Below, in pieces: positions 24,598 through 39,179 of a stretch of DNA of 64,000 nt. The notes beneath the pieces were generated by a model. That model ran no database searches. It was not told where the DNA came from and saw only the letters and a program-made list of their open reading frames with translations. The stretch is from assembly GCA_002269645.1 (NCBI GenBank), contig NIVC01000889.1, positions 310,001 to 374,000 of the forward strand, given 5' to 3'. The translations under genes and the position numbers were made by a program. The stretch comes from Macrostomum lignano. Taxonomy: Eukaryota. Position 1 is the first letter of the stretch. Each line of letters begins with the position of its first letter.

Positions 24598-25338
24598 GAT
24601 CCGCTCCACCATCCGCTCCCTTATCCGCTCTCTCGAATCCGCTCCCCTTATCCGCTCTCTCAATCCCGCTCTCTCGAATCCGCTCCCCTTATCCGCTCTT
24701 TCAAATCCGCTCTCTCGAATCCGCTCCCCTTATCCGCTCTCTCAAATCTGCTCTCTCGAATCCGCTCCCCTTATCTGCTCTCTCAAACCCGCTCTCCTTA
24801 TCCGCTCTCTCAAATCCGCTCTCCTTATCCGCTCTCTCAAATCTGCTCTCTCGAATCCACTCCCTTATCCGCTCTTTTAAATCCGCTCCCCTTATCCGCT
24901 CTCTCGAATCCGCTCCCCTTATCCGCTCCCCTTATCCGCTCCCCTTATCCGCTCTCTCGCATCCGCTCCCCTTATCCGCTCTTTCAAATCCGCTCTCCTT
25001 ATCCGCTCTCTCAAATCCGCTCCCCTTATCCGCTCTTTCAAATCCGCTCCCCTTATCCGCTCTTTCAAATCCGCTCCCCTTATCCGCTCTTTCAAATCCG
25101 CTCCCCTTATCCGCTCTTTCAAATCCGCTCCCCTTATCCGCTCTTTCAAATCCGCTCCCCTTATCCGCTCTTTCAAATCCGCTCCCCTTATCCGCTCTTT
25201 CAAATCCGCTCCCCTTATCCGCTCTTTCAAATCCGCTCCCCTTATCCGCTCCCTCAAATCCGCGCTCTCAAATCCGCTCCTCTTATCCGCTCTCTCACAT
25301 CCGCTCCCCTTATCCGCTCTCTCACATCCGCTCCCCTA
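24598..25338. repeat. Minisatellite, 27-bp unit ATCCGCTCTTTCAAATCCGCTCCCCTT, CLASRP intron 9
   Basis: Homogeneous core at 24960-25250. Confidence 0.95.
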
Positions 25339-25386
25339 TCTACTTTATCTGCCAAACTCAAGCCCTCCAAACAACCGACTCTCCAG

Positions 25387-26292
25387 CTCGCTGCCGCAGC
25401 TGTCGCCCGGCAGAGACTCCGACTCGTCAGACGGCGCCGCTGGCAACACAGATCGAAGCGACGCCGAAGAAACCGGCGCCAGTTACCATGGCAACAACTC
25501 GGCGCCAGGCCAGCGCAATAAGAAGCAGCAGCAGAGAAACAAAAAGCCGCCTCCGACGTCGGGATCGGCGGCGACGGCTACGTCGGCAAAAGCAGCGCCG
25601 GGCAGCGTTACGGTGCAGATCGACATTCCTGTGCAGCACGGGCCGCAGCTGCCGCCGAGACCCGCCGCTGCCGCGACCTCGACGGTCAAGGCCAATTCCA
25701 AGTCGACGGCGGCAGACAGTCGGAGGAGAACCGGCGCCACTGGCAGCCGCCACCGACACCGCCGTCGACCCTCGTCGGCTTCGTCGTCAGCTTCGCGCTC
25801 GTCTTCGTCCAGAAGGTCGTCGTCGTCTGCGTCGTCTGCATCGTCAAGATCGTCGGAGTCTGTCGATCGACGACGCCGCCGTGACAATCGTCGTGGCAGA
25901 CGGAGTCGGAGTCGGAGTCGATCGGCCAGTCGTCGACGCGCCGCCGCGTCTTCGTCAACAGCAAAGGCGACGACAATCAAGAAGCCGTCGTCAGCGGCTG
26001 CGGCAGCAACAGCAGAATCTGCCAATAGCGGCGGTTATCTAAAAGCAGATTTCTGCAACACTTTTACTCAACTGCCGGCTGTCTCCCAGCAGCAGCAGCA
26101 GCAGCAGGAGAAGCCGCAGCAGGAGCAGCAGCCGCCAGCCCAGCCTAAGCGCTATTATCGAAGAGAACTGGAAGAGAAAAGCAGCGAAAGCGACGTCGAC
26201 AGCGACAGCGAGAGTGGAACTCGACGTCGTCGGGATGGCGGCGGCGGCGGCGGCGACGGCAGTGACACCTCTACTAGCAGCATTTCCGACCG
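25387..26292 (+). CDS. CLASRP: CLASRP exon 10 (Ser/Arg-rich region)
   Basis: 906-nt open frame containing RPSSASSSASRSSSSRR...GRRSRSRSRS; CTCTCCAG| acceptor, CG|GTGAGT donor, phase 2/2. Confidence 0.88.
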
Positions 26293-26362
26293 GTGAGTAA
26301 CTACTGCCCCGCCCCGATCTACCGAAATGTATCGAAACTGACTTTATCAAGCGTTGTTTTAG

Positions 26363-26392
26363 GTCGCCGCCCCAGCCCCACTGCTCAACCCG
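26363..26392 (+). CDS. CLASRP: CLASRP exon 11, 30-nt symmetric microexon (RSPPQPHCST)
   Basis: 70-nt upstream intron with ACTGAC branch motif and GTTGTTTTAG| acceptor; weak donor GTATTG; phase 2/2. Confidence 0.6.
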
Positions 26393-27249
26393 GTATTGTC
26401 GTGGATTTTTGAAAAGAAAAATGTGGGTGGGGTGAAGTTGAGCGCGGTTTAGGCAGCTGGGCACTCAAGCCTTTCTTTTCCCTTTTTTGGTAGTTGCTCC
26501 AGAACGGCGGTGGAGGCAAGAGGAATTACAACAAAAAGCAGCCACGCAGGGCAGGGGTCGGTCCGATGTGTCCAGTCGTGGCCTGACTTGGCCTGCCTGG
26601 CCAGAAACGAAATTTTTTTTCTGCCTCTGTGGTGTGTGTCTGTCCTTTGCGCAGTTCTTTTCAAAATTTTGCTAGCAGAAGCAAAAAAAGCCACTCTGTG
26701 AGCTTGGGCTGAGTCTTTTCAGAGTTTTTTCTCTCTCTCTCTCTCTTTGTGCCGCTCTTCTCCCCACCTCTTTTCTGAGCCCACCTTGAAGGACTGCTGC
26801 TGCTGCTGCTGCCTGCTTGACCCTCTGACTTCCTTTCACCACAGACCGTGACCGGTGCATTGTCTAACTGTGTGCCCCCCCTGGCCGCCTTCTTGGCCTG
26901 GGCTGGCTTCCGGTCTGCCTGCCCCCCCCCCTGCCAACCCGGATTTTTTCACATTAAATTCATCGGGCCCAGCAGCCCGGTTGCAACTCCTGGTGCTCGG
27001 TTTCTTATCTGGCATGGTCAGTTGCCTTGCGATTGGGTTGCGGAGATTCTAAAGGGGAAGAGTTGAGCCCCGCCCTTGTCTGCGCTGATGACCGCTGGTC
27101 GCCGCCGGCCACTCATCCTCCGCCATCACCGCCGCCCCCGCCTCAGCCTCCCCGCCTCTTTACAAACTAGTCGAAACTGTTTCTTCTTTTCTGGGTTTGT
27201 TTTCTGGTCATTGTGGGGCACTTTGTACTAACTTGATTTATGCAAGCAT

Positions 27250-28103
<854 letters not shown>

Positions 28104-28667
28104 AGGCAGGCTGCACTGAGTGACCCAGGCCCGTCCTGAGCAGCCGAGAACCCCCACTACTCAATCGGCCGTAATCCCAAGCGGACCCCAACAGCTCGGC
28201 CCTGTCCCTCGATCTCAATTTGTATCCAAATCTTCCTAATTCTCGAATGCGCAAAAATTTTCTCCTCTTTTCATGTTACTAATTGCGCCCATGGTTTTAC
28301 TGCAAAACAATATTTTTAGCCATTCCTGCCGGCTGGCTCATCTGCGTTTTTGGCCAGGCTTCAATTACTTGCTATTGACTCAGTCGGGATCGAAGATTAG
28401 CCAGGCTAGCTCTTGTTCTATTCTGTATTCTTCCGGTAAATTTTTCTGCAATATTATTCCGTTTTATAGATACGTCTCGCTGTTTTTTCGCCTCTTTGGA
28501 CATTCCATTCCCAAATTTTCTTGTCGTTTCTTTTGCCCGTTTTATTTGTGCCTGAAATACTCTCGACTTTTCCGGAGTTTTCTCTTCTGCCTGTGTTGTG
28601 TGTGTGAGCGGGATAATTTTATGATCAAACTTGAGCAGTCTATATCATATCTGCTAGCATTTGAGAT

Positions 28668-29322
28668 CTTGGGATTTTAGGCTACCTCGATTTGGGATCG
28701 TGGGATTTGGATTTCGGATCTTCTTGGGATTTGGATTTGGGATCGTGGGATTTGGATTTCGGATCTTCTTGGGATTTGGATTTGGGATCGTGGAATTTGG
28801 ATTTGGAATCTTGGGATTTGGATTTGGGATCTTAGGATTTGGATTTGGGATCTTGGGATTTGGATTTCGGATCTTGAGATTTGGATTTCGGATCTTAGGA
28901 TTTGGATTTCGGATCTTGGGATTTGGATTTGGGATCTTCAGATTTGGATTTCAGATCTTGGGATTTGGGTTTGGGATCGTGGAATTTAGATTTCGAATCT
29001 TGGGATTTGAGTTGGGATCTTGGGATTTGGATTTGGGATCGTGGGATTTGAGTTGGGATCTTGGGATTTGGATTTGGGATCGTGGGATTTGGGTTTGGGA
29101 TCGTGGAATTTAGATTTCGAATCTTGGGATTTGGATTTGGGATCGTGGGATTTGGGTTTCGGATCGTGGGATTTGAGTTGGGATCTTGGGATTTGGATTT
29201 GGGATCGTGGGATTTGGATTTGGGATCTTGGGATTTGGATTTCGTATCGTGGGATTTGGGTTTGGGATCTTGGGATTTGAGTTTGGGATCTTGGTATTTG
29301 GATTTGGGATCTTGGGTTTTTA
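28668..29322. repeat. G/T-rich minisatellite, ~21-bp unit GGATTTGGATTTGGGATCTTG, CLASRP intron 11
   Basis: About 30 copies. Confidence 0.94.
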
Positions 29323-30784
29323 GGGATCCGGGACCTTTCTGAAATCGAAGATTCAAATTTGCGGTCGGTAATTCCGAGTTGGGATCTGTGGACTTTGAAG
29401 TTGCCTTTGGTATCTGTAAGTATGATTTATTTATCTGGGATCTGAGCTAACAGTGTTGACTTCCAGTTTCTCAAAACAGATTTTTTTTCCTAATTTAAAT
29501 TTGAAAGACTTGAAAGCTTCTAGAAATATTGCTAGACCTGCTTAGGCTTGGGATTAAGAAGGCGGATTGAAAAGGATCTGGGAGGGTTTGGGGGGTATGT
29601 TGACATAGACAGGGTGGACTCTTCTTTCGCAGCGGACCCATCCAGCATCCCATTCTCTCCCCATCCCCTCACCCCTTCTGCTAAGCCGGCTAAATCTCCC
29701 ATTTCCCCATATTTCTTTTATATTCCTTCTCGCACGGCGTCCATTTTCGCTCACCCGCCCGGCCCCGCCTCTGACCTTTTTTTTCAACTCGCCCCACCTT
29801 CGGGCGCTGTAAGCTTCATAATCCAGGTGTGTTTGATAGCCTGTGTCTAAGAGGCCAGCCCCGATCTGCTGCTTCTGTGTGTTTGCCCTGGTCACGCTCT
29901 GCTTCCACCGCTGCCCTCCCCCCTCTTTTTCTCTCCCAACCCCTCCATTCTTCTCTCAGCAGCTCCTGATCCATGCGCGCTGCTGGTGTCTCCCCCCTTC
30001 TTTTTTATTCTTCTTATTCTCTGCCGGGTTGTTTGCCCAGTTAACAGTTGTCCGGCCTTCCCTATTCTTCCCTAAGCCTTCTTAGCCTTTCTGATCCCCT
30101 ACCTGCTGCCCGCAAGCGAGTAACTTTCTTCTTCTATGCGTATTCCTGCTGCTGGTTCTGCTTTTTAGCTGCTTTTCTGCTTTTCTGTCGGTCTCTGCTT
30201 GCACAGAGCAGGCCGGGCGCTGGTCACGCATGGCTCCCGCTGCTGCTGAGTGGTCTGGAAGGATGGACAAAGCTTTAACAAAGCCCCCCCTTCCCCGGCT
30301 CCCTTCCCTGCTCAGCTCCCCTTTCTCTGCTCCTTTTGTTCTCCCTCCATTGCCCATGCCTCTCTTCGCTCGCTCGCGCCAGCTAGATCTCAAGTCGCCT
30401 CTCCGCTGACTGCTTCCTTCCTTGGCGCCGCCGCCGCAGTCAGCGCTTGCGCCGACAGTTTGTTCCTGCCCGCCTGCCTGCCTGCTGGCGGCGGCCTCTG
30501 CTCTGCCCTGCTCGTATCCTGTCCTGCTGGCCTTGTTTGCTGCCGGGACTGACAGTGTGGGGGGGAGTGCCACCTTTCATCGCTCAGTTGTTTGACTGTT
30601 CGCCCGCTTGCTTGCCCGAACGAATTCTCTACTACCGCATGTGGTTGTGTTGATTTTCTGGCAGCTATTCTTTTCTATTATGCAGTTAGCGACGATTTGT
30701 GTCAGCGCACTGCTTCTTCCGATGCTGTGTCAGGTTGTTTAGACACTGGGTCAAGTGGTTAGAATGTTGTGTCTGAGTTTTTCC

Positions 30785-31160
30785 GTGCTTTGTCAGACTC
30801 TGGATATTGTGTCAGACTCTTTGGATATTGTGTCAGATCTTTCGGATATTGTGTCAGATTTTCGGATATTGTGTCAGACTCTTTGGATATTGTGTCAGAC
30901 TTTTCGGATATTGTGTCAGACTCTTGGGATATTGTGTCAGACTTTTCGGATATTGTGTCAGAATCTTTGGATATTGTGTCAGACTTTTCGGATATTGTGT
31001 CAGACTCTTTGGATATTGTGTCAGACTCTTTGGATATTGTGTCAGACTCTTTGGATATTGTGTCAGACTTTTCGGATATTGTGTCAGACTCTTGAAATAT
31101 TTTGTAAAAATTCGAATATTGTATCGTATTCTTTCAATTTTCTGTCAGATACTTCTCCTA
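30785..31160. repeat. Minisatellite, 21-bp unit GGATATTGTGTCAGACTCTTT, CLASRP intron 11
   Basis: About 16 copies. Confidence 0.94.
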
Positions 31161-31589
31161 GTCAGATTCTTCCGACACTTTGAGCTGCTTTCAACGGATG
31201 TGTCAGATGCCCAGGGCTTGTAGTCCGCACCCCCCGTCAGCCTCCCCCAGAATATCAGCTTGGCAATCAGCTGTATTAGCTTAATTTTTTCCGGGAAAAA
31301 ACTGACCCTCTGGGAGCGGGTAGCGGAGCGACTTTCACACGCTCTCGTGAAAATGAAACCCGCTTTTCTCCTGATTGACGCGAACATTTTATTCCGTCTC
31401 TTTGTAGTTTCTCTTAGTCTCAGGCCTGCCTTCTATCGGGCTCGCCCTTAATTTAGGCTGTCCTCTCTCTCAGTTTTGAAATCTGATACAGTACTGTTTC
31501 TCGTATTTGGACATTTCAATTTCTAACTGCTGGCTGCTACTGTCTTAGTTTAAATTTTCGAATTATGCTCTGTATGTTTGAGGCTATTT

Positions 31590-32235
31590 TCTCATTGGGG
31601 GGAATTATCCTATTGGGATTTTTTCTCATAGGGAGAATTATCCTATTGGGATATTTTCTTGTGGGGAGAATCCTATTGGGATATTTTCTCACGGAGATAA
31701 TCATCCTATTGGGATATTTTCTCATAGGGAGAATTATCCTATGGGGATATTTTCTCACGGAGACAATCATCCTATTGGGATATTTTCTCATAGCGAGAAT
31801 TCTCCTATTGGGTATTTTCTCATGGGAGAATTATCCTATTGGGATATTTTCTTGTGGGGAGAATCCTATTGGGATATTTTCTCACGGAGATAATCATCCT
31901 ATTGGGATATTTTCTCATAGGGAGAATTATCCTATGGGGATATTTTCTCACGGAGACAATCATCCTATTGGGATATTTTCTCATAGCGAGAATTCTCCTA
32001 TTGGGTATTTTCTCATGGGAGAATTATCCTATTGGGATATTTTCTCATGGGGAGAATTATCCTATTCGGATATTTTCTCATGGGGAGAATTATCCTATTG
32101 GGATATTTTCTTGTGGATAATTATCCTATTAGATATTTTCTTATGGGGAGAATTATCCTATTGGGGTATTTTCTTATGGGTAGAATTATCCTACTGGAAT
32201 ATTCTCTCTTTGGGATGACTATTCTACAGGGATAT
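31590..32235. repeat. Minisatellite, ~32-33-bp unit GGAGAATTATCCTATTGGGATATTTTCTCATGG, CLASRP intron 11
   Basis: About 19 copies; a multi-unit block is duplicated (31630-31830 vs 31840-32030). Confidence 0.93.
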
Positions 32236-32407
32236 TTTATTGTGTGATAATGCCCTTAAAATATATTTTGCTCATAGTGGTTAAAAGACCCAACTAAATG
32301 AAATTATTTATTTAATAGCTACTGACCCCACTCCATATAGGTGGTCGTGAATGCATATTTACACTGCTTACAAATTGACCTCAATTTTCTAATTTATTGC
32401 TTTTCAG

Positions 32408-32450
32408 ATCGAATCCGCTTGACAGAAGTGCTGCTAGTGGCGGAACCAAG
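32408..32450 (+). CDS. CLASRP: CLASRP exon 12
   Basis: TTGCTTTTCAG| acceptor, AAG|GTAAAC donor; bridges phase 2 to 0 as required (RSNPLDRSAASGGTK). Confidence 0.75.
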
Positions 32451-32699
32451 GTAAACAACTTGTTCATATTGTGCTTTTTTGTGTCAGCACGTGGGTGGTG
32501 CTTAGAGAGAGAGGGAGATGTGTAGGGGTCACTTGAACCAATTTCAATGGCTAATGGAATTTAGTGCGAACTTAAGTGGGATGGTGATTGATTTTTCCAG
32601 ATAATTGTTGCTTTTATGCAGTGTTGTGCAGTCTGTGGGTATAGGTGGGGGTTAGTGAAACTGAAGGCTAGTTGAAAACTAACACACAAACACAAAAGA

Positions 32700-33736
32700 A
32701 TTTGTGTTTAAGCATCAGAGTAAATGTGTTTATGCATTTGAGTTTGTGTGTTTAAGCATCAGAGTAAATGTGTTTATGCATTTGAGTTTGTGTGTTTAAG
32801 CATCAAAGTAAATGTGTTTATGCATTAGAATTTGTGTGTTTAAGCATCAGAGTAAATGTGTTTATGCATTTGAGTTTGTGTGTTTAAGCATCAGAGTAAA
32901 TGTGTTTATGCATTACAATTTGTCTGTTTAAGCATCAAAGTAAATGTGTTTATGCATTAGAATTTGTGTTTAAGCATCAGAGTAAATGTGTTTATGCATT
33001 TGAGTTTGTGTGTTTAAGCATCAGAGTAAATGTGTTTATGCATTTGAGTTTGTGTGTTTAAGCATCAAAGTAAATGTGTTTATGCATTAGAATTTGTGTG
33101 TTTAAGCATCAGAGTAAATGTGTTTATGCATTTGAGTTTGTGTGTTTAAGCATCAGAGTAAATGTGTTTATGCATTAGAATTTGTGTGTTTAAGCATCAG
33201 AGTAAATGTGTTTATGCATTAGAATTTGTGTGTTTAAGCATCGGAGTAAATGTGTTTATGCATCAGAATTTGTGTGTTTAAGCATCAGAGTAAATGTGTT
33301 TATGCATCAGAATTTGTGTGTTTAAGCATCAGAGTAAATGTGTTTATGCATTAGAATTTGTGTGTTTAAGCATCGGAGTAAATGTGTTTATGCATTACAA
33401 TTTGTGTGTTTAAGCATCAGAGTAAATGTGTTTATGCATTACAATTTGTGTGTTTAAGCATCGGAGTAAATGTGTTTATGCATCAGAATTTGTGTGTTTA
33501 AGCATCAGAGTAAATGTGTTTATGCATCAGAATTTGTGTGTTTAAGCATCAGAGTAAATGTGTTTATGCATTAGAATTTGGTGTTTAAGCATCGGAGTAA
33601 ATGTGTTTATGCATTAGAATTTGTGTGTTTAAGCATCAGAGTAAATGTGTTTATGCATTTGAGTTTGTGTGTTTAAGCATCAGAGTAAATGTGTTTATGC
33701 ATTAGAATTTGTGTGTTTAAGCATCAGAGTAAATGC
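32700..33736. repeat. Minisatellite, 44-bp unit TTTGTGTGTTTAAGCATCAGAGTAAATGTGTTTATGCATTAGAA, CLASRP intron 12
   Basis: About 23 copies; two related 22-bp halves. Confidence 0.97.
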
Positions 33737-33769
33737 TTTAGTAAACTAGTTTATATCTGATAATTTCAG

Positions 33770-33875
33770 CCCCTCGCTGCCCCGACGCTCGCCGGTAAAA
33801 CTTCCACCTCAAATCGAATGCTGACGCCTCAGCAACTGCTGCAACAGCGACTCAGTGTGGCCATCTCGAAGACCT
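33770..33875 (+). CDS. CLASRP: CLASRP exon 13
   Basis: MLTPQQLLQQRLSVAISKT matches CLASRP KLTPQEKLKLRMQKALNRQ; phase 0/1, GTGAGT donor. Confidence 0.88.
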
Positions 33876-34149
33876 GTGAGTCGATTTGCTGTCTTCTTTC
33901 TGCTACTTTCTGCTAAACCAGTTTATTGGTTTTAATGAGTTTACAGTTAGTTGGCTGGTAAACTCGTTTTATTAGTTTATCTAGGCCTAGTCTATCTGAT
34001 TTATGGCAAGTATTTTATTTTAGGAGCCTGAATCTCGGATACCTGTTTTGATTCGCCTCATCATTTCGATTGATTAGTACATTACGTACTCGCTAACCTA
34101 GATTCAGATCCCTGAAAATATCAGAGTAAAAGTAGAGCCTATTTTTACT

Positions 34150-35003
34150 TCAGGCTCCTTCATCAACCCCTTCCCGAACCTCGAGCTCCTTCACCAGCCC
34201 CCTTCCCAAACCTCAGAACCCTTCATTAGCTCCCTTCCCGAACCTCAGGCTCCTTCATCAGCTCCCTTCCCGAACCACAGAACCCTTCATCAGCCCCCTT
34301 CTGGAACCTCAGAACCCTTCATCAACCCCCTTACCGAACCTCAGAACCCTTCATCAGCCCCCTTCCCGAACCTCAGAACCCTTCATCAACCCCCTTCCCG
34401 AACCTCAGAACCCTTCATCAACCCCCTTCCCGAACCTCAGAACCCTTCATCAACCCCCTTCCCGAACCTCAGAACCCTTCATCAACCCCCTTCCCGAACC
34501 TCAGAACCCTTCATCAGCCCCCTTCCCGAACCTCAGGCTCCTTCATCAGCTCCCTTCCCGAACCTCAGGCTCCTTCATCAGCTCCCTCCCAGAACCTCAG
34601 AACCCTTCATCAGCTCCCTCCCAGAACCTCAGAACCCTTCATCAGCTCCCTCCCAGAACCTCAGAACCCTTCATCAACCCCTTCCCGAACCTCAGAACCC
34701 TTCATTAGCTCCCTTCCCGAACCTCAGGCTCCTTCATCAGCTCCCTTCCCAAACCTCAGAACCCTTCATCAGCTCCCTTCCAGAACCTCAGGCTCCTTCA
34801 TCAGCCCCCTTCCCGAACCTCAGGCTCCTTCATCAGCTCCCTCCCAGAACCTCAGGCTCCTTCATCAGCCCCCTTCCCGAACCTCAGGCTCCTTCATCAG
34901 CCCCCTCCCAGAACCTCAGGCTCTTTCATCAGCTCCCTCCCAGAACCTCAGGCTCCTTCATCAGCTCCCTCCCAGAACCTCAGGCTCCTTCATCAGCTCC
35001 CTA
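34150..35003. repeat. Minisatellite, 32-bp unit CCCTTCCCGAACCTCAG(AAC/GCT)CCTTCATCA(A/G)CC, CLASRP intron 13
   Basis: About 26 copies, ending ~40 nt before the exon 14 acceptor. Confidence 0.96.
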
Positions 35004-35043
35004 CTCTCGGCACACCTGAACTCCTTCGCCCTCCCTGCCGCAG

Positions 35044-35534
35044 ACCGAGCGGACAAGCTGGCCGAGCACGCCAAGCAGCGGCGGGCACGCGAGGAGCAGA
35101 GCCAGCGGGATCGGGAGATTCGCCGACAGACCGAGGAGTTTCGGCGTCGCCGACTGCAGCAGCAGCAGAAAGAGCAGGAGGAGCAGAAATTGCAGAACAA
35201 CAAAAGTCGAAGCCATTCGGCCTCTTCGTCAACTTCTTCGTCGTCGTCTGATCGGCGTCGACGTCAGCGAAGGCAACGGAGTCGGAGTCGGGACCGGAAT
35301 CGAACTCGGGACCACGACCGAGACCGGGATCGAGCTCGGGACCGCGATCGGGATCGAACTCGGGACCACGACCGAGACCGGGATCGAGCTCGGGACCACG
35401 ACCGCGATCGGGATCGAGCTCGGGACCACGACCGCGATCGGGATCGAGCTCGGGAACGCGGCCGACGCAGCCCAATCAGAGGCGACGAATCTCGTCCGAG
35501 CGATTCGAAGGTGCCAAAACTTGTAGACTATTGA
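35044..35534 (+). CDS. CLASRP: CLASRP exon 14 (terminal; coiled coil, RS/RD mixed-charge tail ending KLVDY)
   Basis: YRADKLAEHAKQRRAREEQ matches FKADKKAAQEK; stop TGA 35532-35534. Summed CDS 2469 nt is divisible by 3. Confidence 0.9.
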
Positions 35535-35844
35535 CTGTTTGTTTGAATGCTGCTGTTTCTTGGAAACCCTTTGAAAATCTTGTGCAAGTATCTTTGTCCT
35601 GTTCTGCTTGCGGTCATCATGTATGTCACTGACTGGAATTTCATGTTTTAAAAGGCCTCTGTAATTGTGTTCAGTTATTTCTCTGTGCGTATCGATCTGT
35701 AAATATATAAACAGGGCATAGACAGACTCATTCAGTCACTGCCATGCATCAGCTCCTCTGTTCGCGGAGCGCGCTGGGCTGGGCGAAAAAATTATAGCTG
35801 GTATTTACTGTTATTAGTTCTGCTCGTTTACCTGTATCAGCTCT

Positions 35845-35866
35845 TGTGTCTGTCTGTCTGTCTGCC

Positions 35867-35919
<53 letters not shown>

Positions 35920-35922
35920 GAG

Positions 35923-36001
<79 letters not shown>

Positions 36002-36010
36002 GTGTCTGCC

Positions 36011-36059
<49 letters not shown>

Positions 36060-36090
36060 GCCTGTCTGTCTGTCTGTCTGTCTGTCTGGG

Positions 36091-36157
<67 letters not shown>

Positions 36158-36182
36158 GTGTCTGCCTGTCTGTCTGTGTGTG

Positions 36183-36233
<51 letters not shown>

Positions 36234-36336
36234 GTGTCTGTCTGCCTGTCTGTCTGTCTGTCTGTCTGCCTGTCTGTCTGTCTGTCTGTCTGTGTGTCTG
36301 CCTGTCTGTCTGTCTGTCTGCCTGTCTGTCTGTCTC

Positions 36337-36367
<31 letters not shown>

Positions 36368-36386
36368 GCCTGTGTGTCTGCCTGCC

Positions 36387-36419
<33 letters not shown>

Positions 36420-36454
36420 GCCTGTCTGTCTGTCTGTCTGTGTGTCTGTCTGCG

Positions 36455-36509
<55 letters not shown>

Positions 36510-36590
36510 GTGTCTGCCTGTCTGTCTGTCTGTCTGCCTGTCTGTCTGTCTGTCTGTCTGCCTGTCTGTCTGTCTGTCTGTGTGTCTGCC

Positions 36591-36623
<33 letters not shown>

Positions 36624-36877
36624 GCCTGTCTGTCTGTCTGTCTGTCTGTCTGTCTGAGTGTCTGTCTGTCTGTCTGTGTGTCTGCCTGTCTGTCTGTCTG
36701 TCTGTCTGTCTGTCTTAGTGTCTGTCTGTCTGCCTGTCTGTCTGTGTGTCTGCCTGTCTGTCTGTCTGTCTGTCTGTGTGTCTGCCTGTCTGTCTGTCTG
36801 TCTGTCTGCCTGTCTGTCTGTCTGTGTGTCTGTCTGTCTGTGTGTCTGTCTGTCTGTCTGTGTGTCTGTGTGTCTGT
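35845..36877 (+). repeat. (TCTG)n microsatellite
   Basis: Direct. Confidence 0.99.
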
Positions 36878-37408
36878 CCACATGAACTGTCCGCCCCCTT
36901 ATTAGCCGGTCAGCAGCCACCCGCACCAGTCAGTGAATTCCATCTGCACCACTTTCTGCTTTCACCGGACCCCCCGGCCCCGCCCTCCTCAGCCGGGTTT
37001 CGCGCCACCCAGCCTTGGCAAGCAGGGAGCAGCCAGCCGCTCGTCCAGCAATCGGGTCGGCTGGGCCCTCCATTCGGACTGAGGGCCGCCGCTTGCCGCT
37101 TCTTTTTCGAACGCGAGAGTTGGCGGCAGGTGGTCCTGCAGGATGAGAATTGTGCGCTGGCCGGGGTTCGGCATTCGAGTTGGGTTATTTTTTTTTCTCT
37201 TTTGAGTCGCTGCGGCGGATAGGAGAAAGTGGCTGCTGCCCCGGCTGGGGAAGTGTTTTATGACGAGGCGATATTCGACTCGCGCGATTTTCATAGCGGC
37301 ATTGATCTGGGTTGGAAATGATTTCGTATTGTGCACTGGAAAATGACTCTGTTAATGACTGCGCAGCTGCTTTCTCCTGGTGTAGTTCAGACTGTCACTA
37401 GTGGCTAT

Positions 37409-38043
<635 letters not shown>

Positions 38044-39179
38044 GCAGCTTATTTCGAACGATTTCAAATTTGAGCCGCTAAAAGGCCGGGACTCGAGCCG
38101 GCCTCGTGTGAGGACGGCGTCCGCGGACCCTGCTCAGAAATGGAACCCCCCTAAGCCTTCTTAGACCGCCTGACTGTGCAGCTGAGGCTCCGCCTTCCCG
38201 CCTTCCTCCCAGAGGAGGAGACCGCCCGAATCGCAACCGGAGTCGCCGCCGCCTCAGTTTCGCCTCCCTCCTCTTAGCCGATCTTAGCGTCCCCACCCGA
38301 GTGAGAACTGGGAACCCTACACCGCCAGGTTTATCCCCATCGGCTCCTCTCGACCGTGCGCCCCGATTCGAAACTGCACGGGGCTCAGAATCCCCCGAGT
38401 CGCCTGCTTCTGTCCTGGGAATCTTTTCGACCTGAAAATCTGTTGCTTGCGTGAGAAAATTAGGAATGCCTTCTCAGAATCATAACCGGTAACCTCTCCC
38501 TGAGCGTTCCAAGTAATCCGGCCTGCTCATTGTCTCTGGGGTGCGGCAGTTGGATGCTGCTGAGACTGTGACATTGGGACACTGGGTGGCTGATGAGCAC
38601 TGCTTATTTGCCCGCTCGAGTCTTCAGAGGCGCGGGCAGGAGTGAGGCATTGGGGGGGGGGGTTGTTTCGGTGAATTACTCCGCGTCTGAGAACTCTCGG
38701 AGCCGTGGGGGGGTGGAGGGTCCGCGCCTTAATTAAGGGACCCCCGATTCCGCATAGCAGACATTATCCCCAGGGAAAGTTGTGGGGGGGGGGGTTGAGG
38801 AGGCCGGCTGCAGGTGCTAAAGTATTCATGCGGACAGCGTAATAACAGGTGGCCACCCCCCCCTGACCCCCACAATGCAGCCCTCTGCCCGACCCGCAGC
38901 CCCTTGAGGCCTGATACTCCTAATTAGTCTTCGAGCGCGAGTGAGCTTTACGCCCCTCTCGCTCTGCTCAGCCCAGCTCTCTCGCTCTGTTATTCTCCAT
39001 CATCAGCCCCAGCGTCCGCTCCTGTGAAATCAGAGAAATGGAGAAAATTGAAAAAAAACACTCCCTATAATATTAACAATCATGCTCATTTGAGTGAGGC
39101 CAATTCACCGAGGATGAATGAATTAAACAAAAATCAATCAACTGAGCACTTCATCGCCGATTTTTATATTTTCCAATCT

